Below, piece after piece: positions 62,478-64,000 of a DNA stretch of 64,000 bases. Source of the stretch: a virus (Duplodnaviria > Caudoviricetes). The stretch's first letter is position 1, and each line of letters opens with the position of its first letter. The notes below the pieces were generated by a model that was given only the letters and a program-made list of their open reading frames with translations, was not told the DNA's origin and ran no database searches. The translations under genes were made by a program, and so were the position numbers. Location of the stretch: the IMG/VR virus record IMGVR_UViG_3300032240_000688, positions 2,199 through 66,198 of that record. One strand, given 5' to 3'.

Positions 62478-63498
62478 ACGAATTGGATTTGCCTGCAAGT
62501 GGATCAATGGACCAAGTGAAGTTAACGGCATGAAAATCAATGCCGAAGACAGAGATCTCAATACCAGTACTACTACAGTAGCATGGCTCAATCGTCAAAC
62601 CAAAGAAGTAGCCGAACAAAGGCTCTGGGATATTATGGTACATAATATCACTGCTATTGGTAAATTGGTTGAGAGGGTAGGTGAACAAAACGAGCATCTA
62701 CGCATGGTCCGTCTTAGCAGTGATATCTTGCCTGTCTATACTCAAGCTGATTGGAGTTACTTTTGGCAGAAGCCAGATGTTATTGCCTATTGCGAAAAGC
62801 ATTTTCTAGCAGTCGGCGAGCTTGCCCGCAAATTAAATGTACGGCTTAGTTTCCATCCTGGACAATTCACTGTACTGGCCAGTGAGAATCCTGGTATCGT
62901 AGAACGTTCAATAGAGGAGTTTGAATATCATGCAACTATGGCTAGATATATGGGCTACGGCAAGACGTTTCAAGATTACAAAATCAATGTGCATATCAGT
63001 GGACGACAAGGTCCTGAAGGCATTCGTAAGGCCTATGCCCGACTCTCGCCAGAAGCACGTAATTGTATTACTATCGAAAATGAAGAAAACTCGTGGGGGT
63101 TAGATGATTGCGTTAGTCTTATTGATGTGGTTCCTATTGTTCTTGACATTCATCATCATTGGATCCGAGAGGGAGAGTACTTATCCCCAACTGATGATCG
63201 TGTTCGCAAGGTTGTTGATAGCTGGCGCGGCGTCCGTCCTACTATGCACTACAGTCTTAGCCGTGAAGATGTTATTGTGGGGCATTCAACTACAGTTCGG
63301 CCAGACATGGCAACACTATTAGAAGAAGGCTACAAAAAGCAAAAGCTCAGGGCACATTCTAACTTCTACTGGAATAAACCAGCGAATGAATGGGCACTGA
63401 GCTTTTTAGAAACACATGATATCATGTGCGAATCTAAGGCTAAAAATCTAGCCAGCTTTGCTCTATACGAGCAGGCAAAAACGCTTACTTTGCTTTAG
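62470..63498 (+). CDS. uvsE: UV damage endonuclease UvsE/UVDE
   Basis: RIGFAC, RLSSDILP, RLSFHPGQF, IENEE, LDIHHH, MHYS, RAHS, IMCESKAK. Confidence 0.9.
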   Translation: MLKRIGFACKWINGPSEVNGMKINAEDRDLNTSTTTVAWLNRQTKEVAEQRLWDIMVHNITAIGKLVERVGEQNEHLRMVRLSSDILPVYTQADWSYFWQKPDVIAYCEKHFLAVGELARKLNVRLSFHPGQFTVLASENPGIVERSIEEFEYHATMARYMGYGKTFQDYKINVHISGRQGPEGIRKAYARLSPEARNCITIENEENSWGLDDCVSLIDVVPIVLDIHHHWIREGEYLSPTDDRVRKVVDSWRGVRPTMHYSLSREDVIVGHSTTVRPDMATLLEEGYKKQKLRAHSNFYWNKPANEWALSFLETHDIMCESKAKNLASFALYEQAKTLTLL

Positions 63499-63778
63499 GC
63501 TTTTTAGCGGCTACTTTTTTCGCTGGCGCTTTTTTAGCGGCGGGCTTCTTAGTAGTTGTGGTTGCTGTCTTGCGTGGAGCACGTGGCTTTTTAGCTGGTG
63601 CTTCGGCCACTACTGGCATTGCTTCTGCTATAGGAGCAACTTCTACTGCTGGTGCAGGTGCATCGACCTTGTAAGGTGCAACTTCAGCTTGTTCAGCTTC
63701 AATCAAATCCTTTGGCTTTCTGCTATAGAACCAAATAGCTAGAGCTAACACAACGATAATAGCGATAATAATTTCCAT
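63485..63778 (-). CDS. Membrane-anchored protein with Lys/Ala/Pro histone-like tail
   Basis: N-terminal TM; KKPAAKKAPAKK repeats; AAGGAAGG RBS. Confidence 0.7.
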   Translation of the reverse strand: MEIIIAIIVVLALAIWFYSRKPKDLIEAEQAEVAPYKVDAPAPAVEVAPIAEAMPVVAEAPAKKPRAPRKTATTTTKKPAAKKAPAKKVAAKKPKAK

Positions 63779-63962
63779 GGTATTATACCTTCCTTTTAAA
63801 AGTACAGCTATTTAATATCTCATAAATACCAGGGAGCTAGAAAAAGAGTCAAGCGCCGATTTGCCGTTTAGCCACGCTGGCTGTGCTAGAAAAAGAAATA
63901 GGGAAAATTCATAGCTTGCGGATCCTCGGATGCCCTATTGACCGCTTGACAGGATATTTACC

Positions 63963-64000
63963 ATGTATAATTTTATCAAAACTATTGCTGAAGGAAGAAC
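63963..64000 (+). CDS. N-terminus of ORF truncated by window end, preceded by structured leader
   Basis: AGGA RBS, MYNFIKTIAEGR... Confidence 0.45.
   Translation, partial: MYNFIKTIAEGR

Noticed and set aside
1-64000. Stop-codon recoding or suppressor tRNAs
   Set aside because: Conserved genes are intact in code 11 and TAA, TAG and TGA all end genes; the TGA, TAG and TAA anticodons are ordinary Ser and Leu tRNAs, not suppressors.
1-64000. Bacterial chromosome origin suggested by housekeeping genes
   Set aside because: Housekeeping genes lack their bacterial operon context and are interspersed with many short phage-type ORFs, late-promoter motifs and a CCA-encoding tRNA array.

Overview
This window is from a large (jumbo/myovirus-like) dsDNA phage, probably freshwater. 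Evidence: dense short ORFs, consensus sigma70 promoters, a recurring TAAATA late-promoter-like motif, and a DnaK that looks betaproteobacterial. It uses the standard genetic code. Host-derived genes include clpX, clpS, clpP, dnaK, hsp20, rpsU, rpoZ, 5-aminolevulinate synthase, heme oxygenase with two bilin reductases, a curli-like csgF/csgG/curlin/FecR module with a CHASE2 adenylate cyclase, a PlcP/Agt-like pair, sugar-nucleotide enzymes, queD and uvsE. There are 33 tRNA genes: 29 in one array covering all 20 amino acids and 4 outside it. The most striking region is 28.5-37.5 kb, which appears to be an integrated tRNA-rescue system. (i) A 48-codon leader peptide containing all 20 amino acids and 38 different codons overlaps a mutually exclusive antiterminator/terminator in front of the tRNA array, suggesting a pan-codon attenuator that senses tRNA depletion. 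(ii) Five copies of a covarying TAGG-N7-CAGCAA...CCTG RNA hairpin are interspersed among the tRNAs and in the leader of a Ro60/TROVE-like DUF2828 gene. (iii) There is a circularly permuted, anticodon-less tRNA mimic. (iv) Putative RNA end-healing enzymes lie adjacent. All calls are by eye from sequence motifs; no searches or folding programs were run.
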